Shown piece by piece: positions 26,415 through 35,529 of a DNA stretch of 45,041 bases; position 1 is the stretch's first letter, and the number at the start of each line of letters is the position of its first letter. Under the pieces are notes generated by a model that was given only the letters and a program-made list of their open reading frames with translations, was not told where the DNA came from and searched no databases. Source of the stretch: Acinetobacter phage Arbor; sequence record ON237674.1. The stretch is one strand, 5' to 3'. A program made the position numbers and the translations under genes.

Positions 26415-28829
26415 ATGACTAACCCAACACTCATTACAACCCCATTCGCTGAAAATGGCGATAAAAATATCATCCCTGAATCAGTTGGCGCTAACCCACA
26501 AAATGCAACTATGCAAACTGGATTCCCGCCAATCACCCAACAAAAGATTTCTGAGGGTGGTATTCCTCCTGAGCGTGATGATTTTAATGGAATTTTAAAT
26601 CTATATGGTCAACATCTTGTGCATTTGAACAAGGGCTTGCCTTACGAATTTGATCAAGATTTTGCTAATAAAATTGGTGGCTATCCTTTAAATGCTAGAT
26701 TGATGCTTAATAATGGTGATATTGTTCAATCAAAGATTCCCAATAATATTAATAATCCAAATATCGATATGAGTGGATGGAGTATTATTAAAAACTCCAT
26801 TCCTTTTGTAGACTCTGTCTCCGATCTATCAAGTATTAATAATCCAAAACAGGGAGAAATTGTTGTTGTACGACACTTTGATAAGTCTAGCAATCGTCTA
26901 AATGGTGGCGGTGAATTTTATTATGACTCTTCTAGATCTAGTGAAAATGATGGAGCCTTGTGTTTTAATGGTTGGATTAGAAAGATTCAATTTAACATCT
27001 ATACCCCCTATATGTCTGGATGTTATGGGAATGGGATTGCTGATGACACACTTAATTTTGACAAACTTATGTATGCATTGGAAGTCAATTCATTAAGTGG
27101 AACTGTTGTTTGTGACGGTGTTTTTTATTTTAACAGTCAATGCCCTCGAATTGGAAAAATGATTGATCCGGTTCAGTTTAATGAAAAAAATGCCATTCGC
27201 TTAGTATCAAATGTTGATTTGGTTATTCAACCAAGTTCAGTATTAAAATTTGGTGCATTTTACAGAGGTACTGCCGAACAACCGAAGTGCAACATTCTTA
27301 GTGCCATGTATCGAGAAGATTCAAATGATTGGTATGGAAGAAATAAACATAAAAACATTAATATCTACGGTGGAGGGAAATTAGACTTTTCTGAAACATC
27401 GAGTCCAGATGCTCCGCAGGACGGCTATAGATGGGCTATAAAAGCATCAATTGATAATATGAAAGTTTACGGCTTGACTTTTGAGGGCGGTGATTTTGCA
27501 AATGCCTTTCAATCTTCAAAAACATCAACAAATATTGAAATATTTGGAAATACATTTATCAATTTAATGTCTGATACATCATTATTTCATGATCATTCTA
27601 CTATCTATTGTATTGGTAAGGATATAAAAGTTCATGATAACGATTTTATATTTACAACAGTTAAAGGTAAATTAAACTCTTGCGCTTGTGAATTGCACGG
27701 ATCAAATCAGTGGTTTTACAATAACCGTATAAATGGATATCCAAATATGCTGTTTAGCGCAATTTTGCGAACAGATCAATCTTTAGACACTAACGAAATA
27801 GTTTATGATCAAAAAGCGTACAATAATACTGCAACAATATCAAGATCAGCTCTTGGATTCTGGTCGATACCAAATCAAACTGCAAAATTAAATGATCTTG
27901 AGTTTTATGATAATAATGTAACTTTTATTGAAGCGCCAACTTTACAAGAGTATACAAATTCAGGAGTTAGAGGATTAAGCTACCCATCCGATCTTAGTGC
28001 ATCCATATTTACAGTATGGCCCGAAGGAAATACTGTTCCTAACATTACTTATTCTGCTGAAGTTTTGGATCATATTTTAATAAGATCAAACTCATTTACA
28101 GCAACAAATGGTATCTTGTTAAACCAAATAGTTAGCATGATTAGATTTGTTGGTATGTATGTTAGAGAAAATTTAAAATTCTTAAACAATTCGATTAAAG
28201 TAAATACGATCTTAAATCGAGATGTTGCAACAAGTACACCTAACGATTATTTTGACGGCTGGGTTTTTTCAGGAAATATGTATGATTTTTCATTATTTAA
28301 AAATCAAAGACATGGTTTGTTGATGTATCTTGAGTACATTAAAAATTGTGTTTTTGATATTAATATAAATTCAACATTTCCTACTCTTGATAATACTTAC
28401 AGCTTATTGAACTTTGTATTTCAGGACTCCTCAAAAGTTGTCAACAATACAATCAGGATTAATCCAAATGGCTCTTATAGTGTATTGAATTCATGGCTTG
28501 GTGGCGACTTTAACACATACTCAGACGCCAATATTAGTGGAAAAGGAAATTATATCGAGTCTGTTTCATATGTTTATATTCAAGAAAGCAGGAAAAGTGG
28601 CGGTACTGTTTCAAAAATGGGAGTGCAAAGTGGATCAATCCCTTCTGCTGCAAAACTTGGTATGGTTTTAGAGTATACCGAAACAATGCTTTCTACTGTT
28701 ATTTATTCTCCCTCATATACTACTGATTATTCAGGAACATACAAACTTGTATCGTTAGGAATAACTGACACACCTTTTTTAACCACAGATACATCTGACA
28801 GGTTTGCTTTTATGAAATATTCAACATAA
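26415..28829 (+). CDS. tailspike / putative capsule depolymerase (right-handed beta-helix)
   Basis: 804 aa. N-terminal anchor similar to the preceding fiber (FAENGDKNIIP..., ...DFNGILNLY). Repetitive N/G/I-rich beta-helix-like segments (IFGNTFINL, VHDNDFIF, NNRINGYP). Confidence 0.6.
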   Translation: MTNPTLITTPFAENGDKNIIPESVGANPQNATMQTGFPPITQQKISEGGIPPERDDFNGILNLYGQHLVHLNKGLPYEFDQDFANKIGGYPLNARLMLNNGDIVQSKIPNNINNPNIDMSGWSIIKNSIPFVDSVSDLSSINNPKQGEIVVVRHFDKSSNRLNGGGEFYYDSSRSSENDGALCFNGWIRKIQFNIYTPYMSGCYGNGIADDTLNFDKLMYALEVNSLSGTVVCDGVFYFNSQCPRIGKMIDPVQFNEKNAIRLVSNVDLVIQPSSVLKFGAFYRGTAEQPKCNILSAMYREDSNDWYGRNKHKNINIYGGGKLDFSETSSPDAPQDGYRWAIKASIDNMKVYGLTFEGGDFANAFQSSKTSTNIEIFGNTFINLMSDTSLFHDHSTIYCIGKDIKVHDNDFIFTTVKGKLNSCACELHGSNQWFYNNRINGYPNMLFSAILRTDQSLDTNEIVYDQKAYNNTATISRSALGFWSIPNQTAKLNDLEFYDNNVTFIEAPTLQEYTNSGVRGLSYPSDLSASIFTVWPEGNTVPNITYSAEVLDHILIRSNSFTATNGILLNQIVSMIRFVGMYVRENLKFLNNSIKVNTILNRDVATSTPNDYFDGWVFSGNMYDFSLFKNQRHGLLMYLEYIKNCVFDININSTFPTLDNTYSLLNFVFQDSSKVVNNTIRINPNGSYSVLNSWLGGDFNTYSDANISGKGNYIESVSYVYIQESRKSGGTVSKMGVQSGSIPSAAKLGMVLEYTETMLSTVIYSPSYTTDYSGTYKLVSLGITDTPFLTTDTSDRFAFMKYST

Positions 28830-28887
28830 TAGAATCATTAATGTTTTATTGATAATATAAGTAAAACTTATATAGGGTGAATCTATA

Positions 28888-29223
28888 GTGGATTTTATTA
28901 ACATGATTCTGGAGTGGCTAAAAGCCCATGTAGGCGTTATATTTATGGGGGTGGCTGGTGCAACAGTCACCGCCCTAGTACCTTCTGGTAAGCCGTTAGC
29001 TGAACGAGTTATTAGCTGGGTTGTTGGCGTTATCTTGTGTGCTGCGCTATCAACTCCAACAGCAGGACTATTGACTGGTGGTGGCTATGTCGAAGTTTTT
29101 GGCTTTATTTACGGCATGGGTGGCATTACGTTAGCAAAAATGCTAATTAAAGCTATCGAAAAGCGTAGTAAGGTAGAAATTGAATCTAAAACGGGAGTGA
29201 AGCTTGATGATGACGTTTCTTAA
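28888..29223 (+). CDS. holin (putative)
   Basis: 111 aa with 2-3 TM helices and a charged C-terminus. Immediately after the tail genes and before the lysin. Confidence 0.5.
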   Translation: MDFINMILEWLKAHVGVIFMGVAGATVTALVPSGKPLAERVISWVVGVILCAALSTPTAGLLTGGGYVEVFGFIYGMGGITLAKMLIKAIEKRSKVEIESKTGVKLDDDVS

Positions 29224-29470
29224 TTACTTAAGCTTTTTTTTAATTACTGGAAGTTTAATGTTTGTGGTGTTTCATCCCAAAATTAGCTTTCCAGTGCATG
29301 TCGATGTAATTATGTTTATGCTTGCGATTGGTGTAACGGCAATGTTCATTAATACGCTTCAAGGTAGAGATCTTTACGGACACATGCAAGACGCTGAAAT
29401 ATTGGTTAGGCTTGGTCTAGGATGTTTAACAATTCGTTTTATCCATGAATATTTAAAGGTGAAGAAATGA
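29204..29470 (+). CDS. membrane protein (second holin/antiholin candidate)
   Basis: 88 aa with 2 TM helices. Overlaps the upstream gene. Confidence 0.45.
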   Translation: MMMTFLNYLSFFLITGSLMFVVFHPKISFPVHVDVIMFMLAIGVTAMFINTLQGRDLYGHMQDAEILVRLGLGCLTIRFIHEYLKVKK

Positions 29471-29479
29471 TCTGCAAAA

Positions 29480-29508
29480 GAAAAAACGGCTAATTGGCCG
29501 TTTTTCTT
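29480..29508. terminator. bidirectional terminator
   Basis: AACGGC-TAATTG-GCCGTT hairpin with an A-run upstream and a T-run downstream. Lies between convergent genes. Confidence 0.5.
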
Positions 29509-30017
29509 GATCTAGAAATTCCACGAACAATTTCGCTTACATGGGATTCTGACATATCAAACAAATTACCAATTTCATAATGAGTAAATCTTTTTGAGTG
29601 ATTTAGAATTATCACAGCATCAACCACATCATCACTAAACTTTGTTAAATTACATCTCTCCCCATGCTGCTTATTAAGAAGATTGATTCTAGCGTGGCGA
29701 TTATTGTCTTTATGTGTAGACCACTCTAAATTTTCAACTGCGTTATTAGTTTTGTCTCCATCCTTATGATTTATGACTTGTGCCCATAACGGCTTCTCCT
29801 CAAGAAACATCATGGCCACCAAGGTATGTATACAATATCTTTTCCCGCCAACATTAACATAAGGGTATCCATTTCTTGGTGTTGTTTTTATAAATGCCTC
29901 TGGATACTCTCTTTTTCTCCCATCCTTAAATACTGAGATCTTTTTTGATCTTTTAACCCTGCCCAATGATGATATATAATAACCACTATAGCCTTTAATT
30001 TCTTTCCACTGTTCCAT
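29490..30017 (-). CDS. HNH homing endonuclease (NUMOD4 + HNH_3)
   Basis: WKEIKGYSGYYISSLGRV (NUMOD4) and INHKDGDKTNNAVENLEW...HN (HNH). Start taken at MEQWKEI with SD GAAGG; the ORF-track start at 30101 would overlap the endolysin. Confidence 0.75.
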   Translation of the reverse strand: MEQWKEIKGYSGYYISSLGRVKRSKKISVFKDGRKREYPEAFIKTTPRNGYPYVNVGGKRYCIHTLVAMMFLEEKPLWAQVINHKDGDKTNNAVENLEWSTHKDNNRHARINLLNKQHGERCNLTKFSDDVVDAVIILNHSKRFTHYEIGNLFDMSESHVSEIVRGISRSRKTAN

Positions 30018-30062
30018 AACAGTACCTTCATTAATATCTGTAATTCTAAAGGATAGCACATT

Positions 30063-30575
30063 ATGAATTTTGATCAAGCTTTTAAGGTAACAATAGGTCA
30101 TGAAGGGTCTTTTACACTCAATAAAAACGATGCTGGCAACTGGACAGGCGGCAAGGTTGGAGTTGGTCAGTTAAAGGGTACTAAGTACGGAATTGCCGCA
30201 AATAGCTACCCAAATTTAGATATTAAAAATCTTACTCTTGATCAAGCGAAGGCAATTTATAAGCGCGATTATTGGGATAAGGCAAAATGCGATTTATTAC
30301 CAGAAGGCTTGAAATTCCATGTTTTTGATGTATCGGTAAATAGTGGCGTTAGTCGTGGAATAAAGACACTTCAACAAGCCGCTGGAGTTAAGGATGATGG
30401 CATTATTGGTCCTAACACATTGGCAGCTATAAAAGCGATTGATGAAAAGGAATTGCTATTAAGGTTTTATTCTTTTCGTATTTCTTTTTACACGTCATTA
30501 AGCTCATTTTCTAACTTTGGCAAAGGGTGGATGAATCGTGTTGCGAATAATCTTAAGCTTGGCACTGGCGGTTAA
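30063..30575 (+). CDS. endolysin (GH108 lysozyme N-terminal domain + PG_binding_3 C-terminal domain)
   Basis: HEGSF...NDAGNWTGGKVGVG...KYGI pattern as in GH108, and a C-terminal peptidoglycan-binding-like region. Position in the lysis cassette. Confidence 0.65.
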   Translation: MNFDQAFKVTIGHEGSFTLNKNDAGNWTGGKVGVGQLKGTKYGIAANSYPNLDIKNLTLDQAKAIYKRDYWDKAKCDLLPEGLKFHVFDVSVNSGVSRGIKTLQQAAGVKDDGIIGPNTLAAIKAIDEKELLLRFYSFRISFYTSLSSFSNFGKGWMNRVANNLKLGTGG

Positions 30576-30648
30576 TACGATTGGCTGTACCGCCCACTCA
30601 ATCAAAAATAACATTCACGTTGTTGTTTGCGTTCAATGTGTGAATTAA

Positions 30649-30680
30649 GAAAGCCCCATTACGGGGCTTGTCTTTATTTG
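30649..30680. terminator. bidirectional terminator between the lysis cassette and the leftward early operon
   Basis: AAGCCCCATTACGGGGCTT perfect hairpin with T-rich 3' flanks on both strands. Confidence 0.6.
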
Positions 30681-30973
30681 TTGATTAGTCTAATTGCTGT
30701 AGCGCCAAATTCATCACAAGCCGCATTCCATCCAAGCTTGTGACCTTCTTCAAACCCGCTCTTATAAAAAGCATAGAAACATCGCCATTGCTTATCTATA
30801 TTCTCATCCTCAAACTTATAATGATTCTTTTCACAAGTTTGATAATTCATATTAGATGCATCAATACCTAGAAAACCCAATGACTTTACAAATTTATCAA
30901 GCACTGTAGTTTTCCTCAATTGACTTAACCACACTTGCATAAGCTGGGTCGCTTTCCTTAATGAACACTCCAT
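30674..30973 (-). CDS. hypothetical protein (start uncertain; may begin at an internal Met)
   Basis: 99-aa ORF overlapping the 3' end of the MazG-like gene. Confidence 0.35.
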   Translation of the reverse strand: MECSLRKATQLMQVWLSQLRKTTVLDKFVKSLGFLGIDASNMNYQTCEKNHYKFEDENIDKQWRCFYAFYKSGFEEGHKLGWNAACDEFGATAIRLINK

Positions 30974-31418
30974 TATGCATTAACCCTTTACGGTCTTTAA
31001 TATCGTTGTAGGCAAGCTGTACGCATTCTTCTAGTGTGTAATCGTACTCAAATGCAATGCGTCCCAAGTCTCGTAATGAGTATTTTAATGTTTCACTATT
31101 TAATGATCTGGAGAAGTAATTTAAATTCAATCCAAGATCGATAATTGTATGTTTGCTATCACCTTTAAATTCGTAATTATGATCAATGTTACTTAAAACA
31201 CTTAATCCAGCTTGAGAAGACATAATAGTAAGAACTATAAAGACATCGCCAACATCGTCACGACAATCACGCCCTTTACCCACATTATCTGCAAGCTCTC
31301 CAAATTCGCTAAACAGCTTCATGGCTTGGTCAATTGGCTTTGAACCTTTAATAATATTACGATCTGATGCCCATTGTTCGATTTGTTTAATTAATTGTTC
31401 CATGTTTACTTCCACCAT
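30897..31418 (-). CDS. MazG-like nucleoside triphosphate pyrophosphohydrolase
   Basis: LFSEFGELADNVGKGRD and an EQWASDRN-type all-alpha NTP-PPase signature. 173 aa. Confidence 0.45.
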   Translation of the reverse strand: MVEVNMEQLIKQIEQWASDRNIIKGSKPIDQAMKLFSEFGELADNVGKGRDCRDDVGDVFIVLTIMSSQAGLSVLSNIDHNYEFKGDSKHTIIDLGLNLNYFSRSLNSETLKYSLRDLGRIAFEYDYTLEECVQLAYNDIKDRKGLMHNGVFIKESDPAYASVVKSIEENYSA

Positions 31419-31567
31419 TGCTTCTCACGAATAGGATTAAATTTACGTTGATCATCTTGCTTTCTTTGCACGTATCGTTTCCGCTTATATGCCTCATATA
31501 GATATAAGACAACCACAAAAACAAAACTCAAAACAAAGGATATTAAAATCATTGCTATTGGGTTCAT
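31406..31567 (-). CDS. 53-aa membrane peptide
   Basis: MNPIAMILISFVLSFVFVVVLYLY... ATGA-coupled to the upstream gene. Confidence 0.35.
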   Translation of the reverse strand: MNPIAMILISFVLSFVFVVVLYLYEAYKRKRYVQRKQDDQRKFNPIREKQWWK

Positions 31568-31746
31568 TTTAAACTCCTTAGCAATTCTTTGTCCTGTTTA
31601 ATAGCATCAAGAAGCTTGTCACTTATATGTAAAATCTTCATGCCATCATTTACTTCCAAATTATTGTACATACTTGAAAGATAGTCATGCATTTTTTGAA
31701 TATCTTTTTTCAATTCTAATGCATCAATAAATTCTCTCTTTTTCAT
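31564..31746 (-). CDS. hypothetical small protein
   Basis: 60 aa, coupled. Confidence 0.4.
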   Translation of the reverse strand: MKKREFIDALELKKDIQKMHDYLSSMYNNLEVNDGMKILHISDKLLDAIKQDKELLRSLK

Positions 31747-32036
31747 CTCTTCAACTCCAAATATCGTTGCCCTCTATTACGCATTACCTCTAACGCGCCT
31801 TCACGTTTTAAATTCTTGATAAATTCCACTCCATATTTAAACCATTGCGTCAAAAACAATTCATATCGTTCCTTGCAATAGTCGTTAATTTCATAATAAT
31901 CGGCATCTGCAAAATAAATTTCAGCCACCTTTCCGTTTTTACGCATAACAATATTGCCTTTACGCTCGTTTAAGTTATGCCCGCCTTTCTGCATCCACAC
32001 AACAAACATAAATACTAATGATTCCTTGATTTTCAT
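31743..32036 (-). CDS. hypothetical protein
   Basis: 97 aa, coupled. Confidence 0.4.
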   Translation of the reverse strand: MKIKESLVFMFVVWMQKGGHNLNERKGNIVMRKNGKVAEIYFADADYYEINDYCKERYELFLTQWFKYGVEFIKNLKREGALEVMRNRGQRYLELKR

Positions 32037-32792
32037 TTATCCTCCAAAAACCAAAGTCTTGGCATATTCTCTAGCCATTTCGACTTTTAGTTTAATTAAA
32101 TCAACCTTCTTTTGATCATATTCAACTCTATACGATGAAATTCGATCACTAGGATTCATTTCCAAAACATAGTCGATATGCAAATATTCATCATCATATC
32201 GAGTTAAACACTCTTTAGGTGTTGGCATTAGGATAAAATCAAGATAAGCCTCATTAATTATTTTCGGCTCGTAATCGTGATTCTCTCTTAATAGATTCAT
32301 ATATCCCAATTGTTGCCAATCATAACCAGCATCTAAAGCCTTACTCTCAATATCCTCTTTAAAATACTCCATAGTCCAATATGACCACGGACACTTTGTA
32401 TCACGTATTGCTGTGTTAGTAATAATGTCTGGTTCGCCAGTAATCCAGTCATTAGTAAAGCGAATCGTATTTTTTTCAGCACTAATAAACTTCTGTTGCA
32501 TCAAAAACAAGATTGCGTCATCTTCAACTAAATTCCCTTTTCTTGTCTCTTTACTTCCAGTAAACTTGCTTGGAGCCTTATGTCTTAACTGCCTAACTTT
32601 TTCCTTGACCAATGTTTTAGCAGTAGCCGATAAAGTTATATCCAAAAGATCATCTAAAATCTTTTGTTCTTCATCGGTACGTTTTTTCTTTGCCTTTATT
32701 GATTGAACTTCTTCTGTGAGAAATGCAGAGTCAATAGACTTTGCATTTCCCATTAGTCGATGTAGTTCAGAACATCGAAAGATTAGATTCAT
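32037..32792 (-). CDS. recombination exonuclease (lambda Exo / YqaJ-like, PD-(D/E)xK)
   Basis: GEPDIITNTAIRDTKCPWS parallels the lambda Exo active-site segment ...PDG...ELKCPF. Directly downstream of recT. Confidence 0.55.
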   Translation of the reverse strand: MNLIFRCSELHRLMGNAKSIDSAFLTEEVQSIKAKKKRTDEEQKILDDLLDITLSATAKTLVKEKVRQLRHKAPSKFTGSKETRKGNLVEDDAILFLMQQKFISAEKNTIRFTNDWITGEPDIITNTAIRDTKCPWSYWTMEYFKEDIESKALDAGYDWQQLGYMNLLRENHDYEPKIINEAYLDFILMPTPKECLTRYDDEYLHIDYVLEMNPSDRISSYRVEYDQKKVDLIKLKVEMAREYAKTLVFGG

Positions 32793-33688
32793 AACGCCTC
32801 AACTATTTTCTTTTGTTCTTCGCTTAATGCGTAAATATCTGGATTTAAAGCATGCTCTTTAGTTAAGCTGCCAGCTTCAATAGCCGCTACGAATTGCGGG
32901 AATTGATCCTCAGAAATCAATCGAGCTAATGGCTTTTCGCTTTCTTGATCATTATCAACATATGAAGCTTCGCCATCTTCATTAATCACAGCTTGATCAA
33001 ATTCAATCGCCTGCTGAAGCTCAACCGACATAGGCGCATATTTTGAGATAAGCAACTTAATAACAGTCTTTTGACACATTGCGTCCCAATTCTGATGCCA
33101 TACAGAATAGCTTTGCCCTTTCGACTTTGCAGTCTTATACGTCTGGCTATACTTGCTTGCATGCTGCTCAAGCTCTTCATTGGTCATTGTTAAATGAGCT
33201 TCAAACCCTGTCACAGTCTCAAGATAAGCCAGATACCCAATAACTTCGCCACTAACTTTTTGTGGAATGAATGAAGTTAAACGAGCCTTTACGCTTTCTT
33301 CTGTATCGGTGTCATAAACTGCAATTGAGGCAATCTTTTTAATCTGACCAGAGCGCTGTGCTAACTGCAAGTAACCTTTCCACCCCATCTGAAATTGTGC
33401 TTCTTGATTGCCAGTTTGTCGATTTTTAAACGGAACAATATAAGCAAAACCAAGATTGTTATTTAATGGCAAATTAAGCGCACAAGCCGTATAAACAGCA
33501 CCTATAACCGATTCGGGAGTTGATTGCGCCAATAACCCGTTTGAATTAATAACCTGCATTACAGACGTAATATAGCTATCAGATTTACGCCCTATCATTT
33601 CCTCAATACGCTTCATCACCGATGGGTTGCTAAGCGTTTGTTTAATAGCTAATGCATTTTGTTTTTGCTGCTGAGTTAGATTGCTCAT
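32789..33688 (-). CDS. recT: RecT-family single-strand annealing protein
   Basis: 299 aa. N-terminal ...ACALNLPLNNNLGFAYIVPF... characteristic of RecT. Paired with the exonuclease. Confidence 0.65.
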   Translation of the reverse strand: MSNLTQQQKQNALAIKQTLSNPSVMKRIEEMIGRKSDSYITSVMQVINSNGLLAQSTPESVIGAVYTACALNLPLNNNLGFAYIVPFKNRQTGNQEAQFQMGWKGYLQLAQRSGQIKKIASIAVYDTDTEESVKARLTSFIPQKVSGEVIGYLAYLETVTGFEAHLTMTNEELEQHASKYSQTYKTAKSKGQSYSVWHQNWDAMCQKTVIKLLISKYAPMSVELQQAIEFDQAVINEDGEASYVDNDQESEKPLARLISEDQFPQFVAAIEAGSLTKEHALNPDIYALSEEQKKIVEAL

Positions 33689-33867
33689 TTAGAAATCTCC
33701 AATAATTTAAGTAATGTTTCCTGTCTTTCTTGATGCTGAATATCTCTATATTCATGCATACGCTTTCTGTATTCTTTAGAGTCAATCACATTCATTTGAT
33801 AAGCTGTTTCGATTGACCAGAAGTAAGCGTCTGCACCATGTTCTTTCACATCGTCAAGCCAACTCAT
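33685..33867 (-). CDS. hypothetical small protein
   Basis: 60 aa, coupled. Confidence 0.4.
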   Translation of the reverse strand: MSWLDDVKEHGADAYFWSIETAYQMNVIDSKEYRKRMHEYRDIQHQERQETLLKLLEISK

Positions 33868-34199
33868 TACATTTTCTCCGCAATTTCATTTTCAATAACT
33901 TGAACAATGTTTGATACTTCTTCGCTAGGCAAAACATAGTTTTCTGTTTCACCATCTTCATTGTAAACTTTAACGTCATTTACAGATTCAACCTCAACAT
34001 CATTCCATGATTGGAATCCGTTGCCATCTTTAAAGAATCTACCTTCAAACTCAACTTCTAAAACTAAATCACCAGATTTAATGGCAGCTACGTTATGTTC
34101 CATATCTAATGATTCAACTTCATAAGGACCAGTAATAACTGGTTTACCTGAACATGCAGCTAACGCAACAGAAGCAGCTAAAATCAATGCATTTTTCAT
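33867..34199 (-). CDS. lipoprotein (signal peptide + lipobox)
   Basis: MKNALILAASVALAACSG: signal peptide with lipobox LAAC. Confidence 0.55.
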   Translation of the reverse strand: MKNALILAASVALAACSGKPVITGPYEVESLDMEHNVAAIKSGDLVLEVEFEGRFFKDGNGFQSWNDVEVESVNDVKVYNEDGETENYVLPSEEVSNIVQVIENEIAEKM

Positions 34200-34291
34200 A
34201 ATGTTTACCCATTGTTTATATTCTCAATAGTAAATGAATTGAGTATTAATGTCAAGCGCAAATATTAAAAAAGCTCCCGAAGGAGCTAATT

Positions 34292-34561
34292 TTAATTCAT
34301 TAAGTTTAACAACATTCGCCTTCCAAGATAAGGCGATAATAGCGACTCAAACTCGCCAGATCTTAATTCAAACTCTTCATCATTTATTTTAACTCCATAA
34401 GCAGCACCAACTTTACAAAATTCAATTTCTTGTCCAGTTCTTGGGGATATTGAGATGCTTGAAACACCGCCAACCTTTTGAGTAGTTAGTAAAAACTCAT
34501 CTTGTGAAAAAGAATTATCAATGATTTTTGCCAACTCTAATATATTCATTTCATTCCACAC
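34292..34561 (-). CDS. hypothetical protein
   Basis: 89-aa ORF. Confidence 0.4.
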   Translation of the reverse strand: MWNEMNILELAKIIDNSFSQDEFLLTTQKVGGVSSISISPRTGQEIEFCKVGAAYGVKINDEEFELRSGEFESLLSPYLGRRMLLNLMN

Positions 34562-34615
34562 TCACTACAGTAATTATTTAAAAACAACTTGTACTTACAA
34601 CAAATCTTACAAAAC

Positions 34616-35431
34616 TCAACCACCAATAGAACCCTTCAAGAAGAATAGCGCCGTTAAAATTGCAATAACAATTAAAATAATGATTCGCTCGCGCTTGATC
34701 TTCGATTTAAGGCTATTTACATCCTCTTCAGATTGCTTGTATTGATTAACAAAGTAATCCAATTCAACTTTTGTTCGATCCAAATCAATTTTTGCACCAA
34801 TAAGATTTCCTTCTACCTCGACCAGTGTATTAATATCCTTATCATGAATTTTCTTAGCTTCATCGTTTTGTTTGATTAGTCCACTGATTGCCAAGTCTTT
34901 ACTTTCGATGATCTTTTTGAGATCCGAAATTTCTTTGTCTTTCTCGCCATCTTGGTGTTTTTGAACTGAAAGATCATTTATAGATACTGGAATATTTAAT
35001 TCAGAAGCGCATCGTGCATACTCTTTTTCCTTGCAGCGCTGCTCAAATTCCAAAAGTTCGTCAATTTCTTTAATAACTTTATTCTGAACCTTCTCGCTTT
35101 GCGGCTGGTTAAGCATCTTAGCGATATAGGGGCGAGATTTACCCATCTTTAAAGATAGTTCACTATTATTTAAACCAAGTTCTTTTTTGGCTTGGTGGAT
35201 TTTTTTGATCATATCGTTTTCTGAATATCTTTTCATAAATTCTTCAAAACTAATTTTGCGTCCAGCAGAAAAATCTGAAAACCAAAATGTCTGACCAAAA
35301 CCAACGGTAATATTCTGATCTCCCGTTGAATACGTATCATTTCGAAGCCCATGAAATCTTAATAACTTTTCCGCTTCATTTCTTTGATTTAAATCTTCAC
35401 ACATAATAGCGATATTTTCGATCTTCATCTT
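34616..35431 (-). CDS. repressor-like HTH protein with coiled coil and C-terminal transmembrane anchor (no S24 peptidase domain)
   Basis: HTH IKKIHQAKKELGLNNSELSLKMGKSRPYIAKML, a long charged coiled coil, and a C-terminal RIIILIVIAILTALFFL. SD AGGAG before MKIENIA. Divergent from the 35530 gene. Confidence 0.5.
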   Translation of the reverse strand, partial: KMKIENIAIMCEDLNQRNEAEKLLRFHGLRNDTYSTGDQNITVGFGQTFWFSDFSAGRKISFEEFMKRYSENDMIKKIHQAKKELGLNNSELSLKMGKSRPYIAKMLNQPQSEKVQNKVIKEIDELLEFEQRCKEKEYARCASELNIPVSINDLSVQKHQDGEKDKEISDLKKIIESKDLAISGLIKQNDEAKKIHDKDINTLVEVEGNLIGAKIDLDRTKVELDYFVNQYKQSEEDVNSLKSKIKRERIIILIVIAILTALFFLKGSIGG

Positions 35432-35529
35432 TGTTTCTCCTGTTAAGATAATCACTATAGTAAACTAATATTTATAATTTGCAATAGTTAATTTAATAAA
35501 CTACAATGAAGAAAAATTAGGAGTTTAAA
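35432..35529. promoter_or_regulatory. divergent promoter/operator (putative genetic switch)
   Basis: AT-rich. Palindromic 8-mer ACTATAGT (35454..35461). ATAGTAAACTA is the reverse complement of the motif core TAGTTTACTAT. AATAGTT/AAACTA repeats. Confidence 0.45.

Noticed and set aside
29490-30101. HNH gene start at 30101 as in the ORF track
   Set aside because: It would overlap the endolysin start by 39 nt on the opposite strand and lacks an RBS. The internal Met at 30017 has a GAAGG SD and begins exactly at the NUMOD4 motif.
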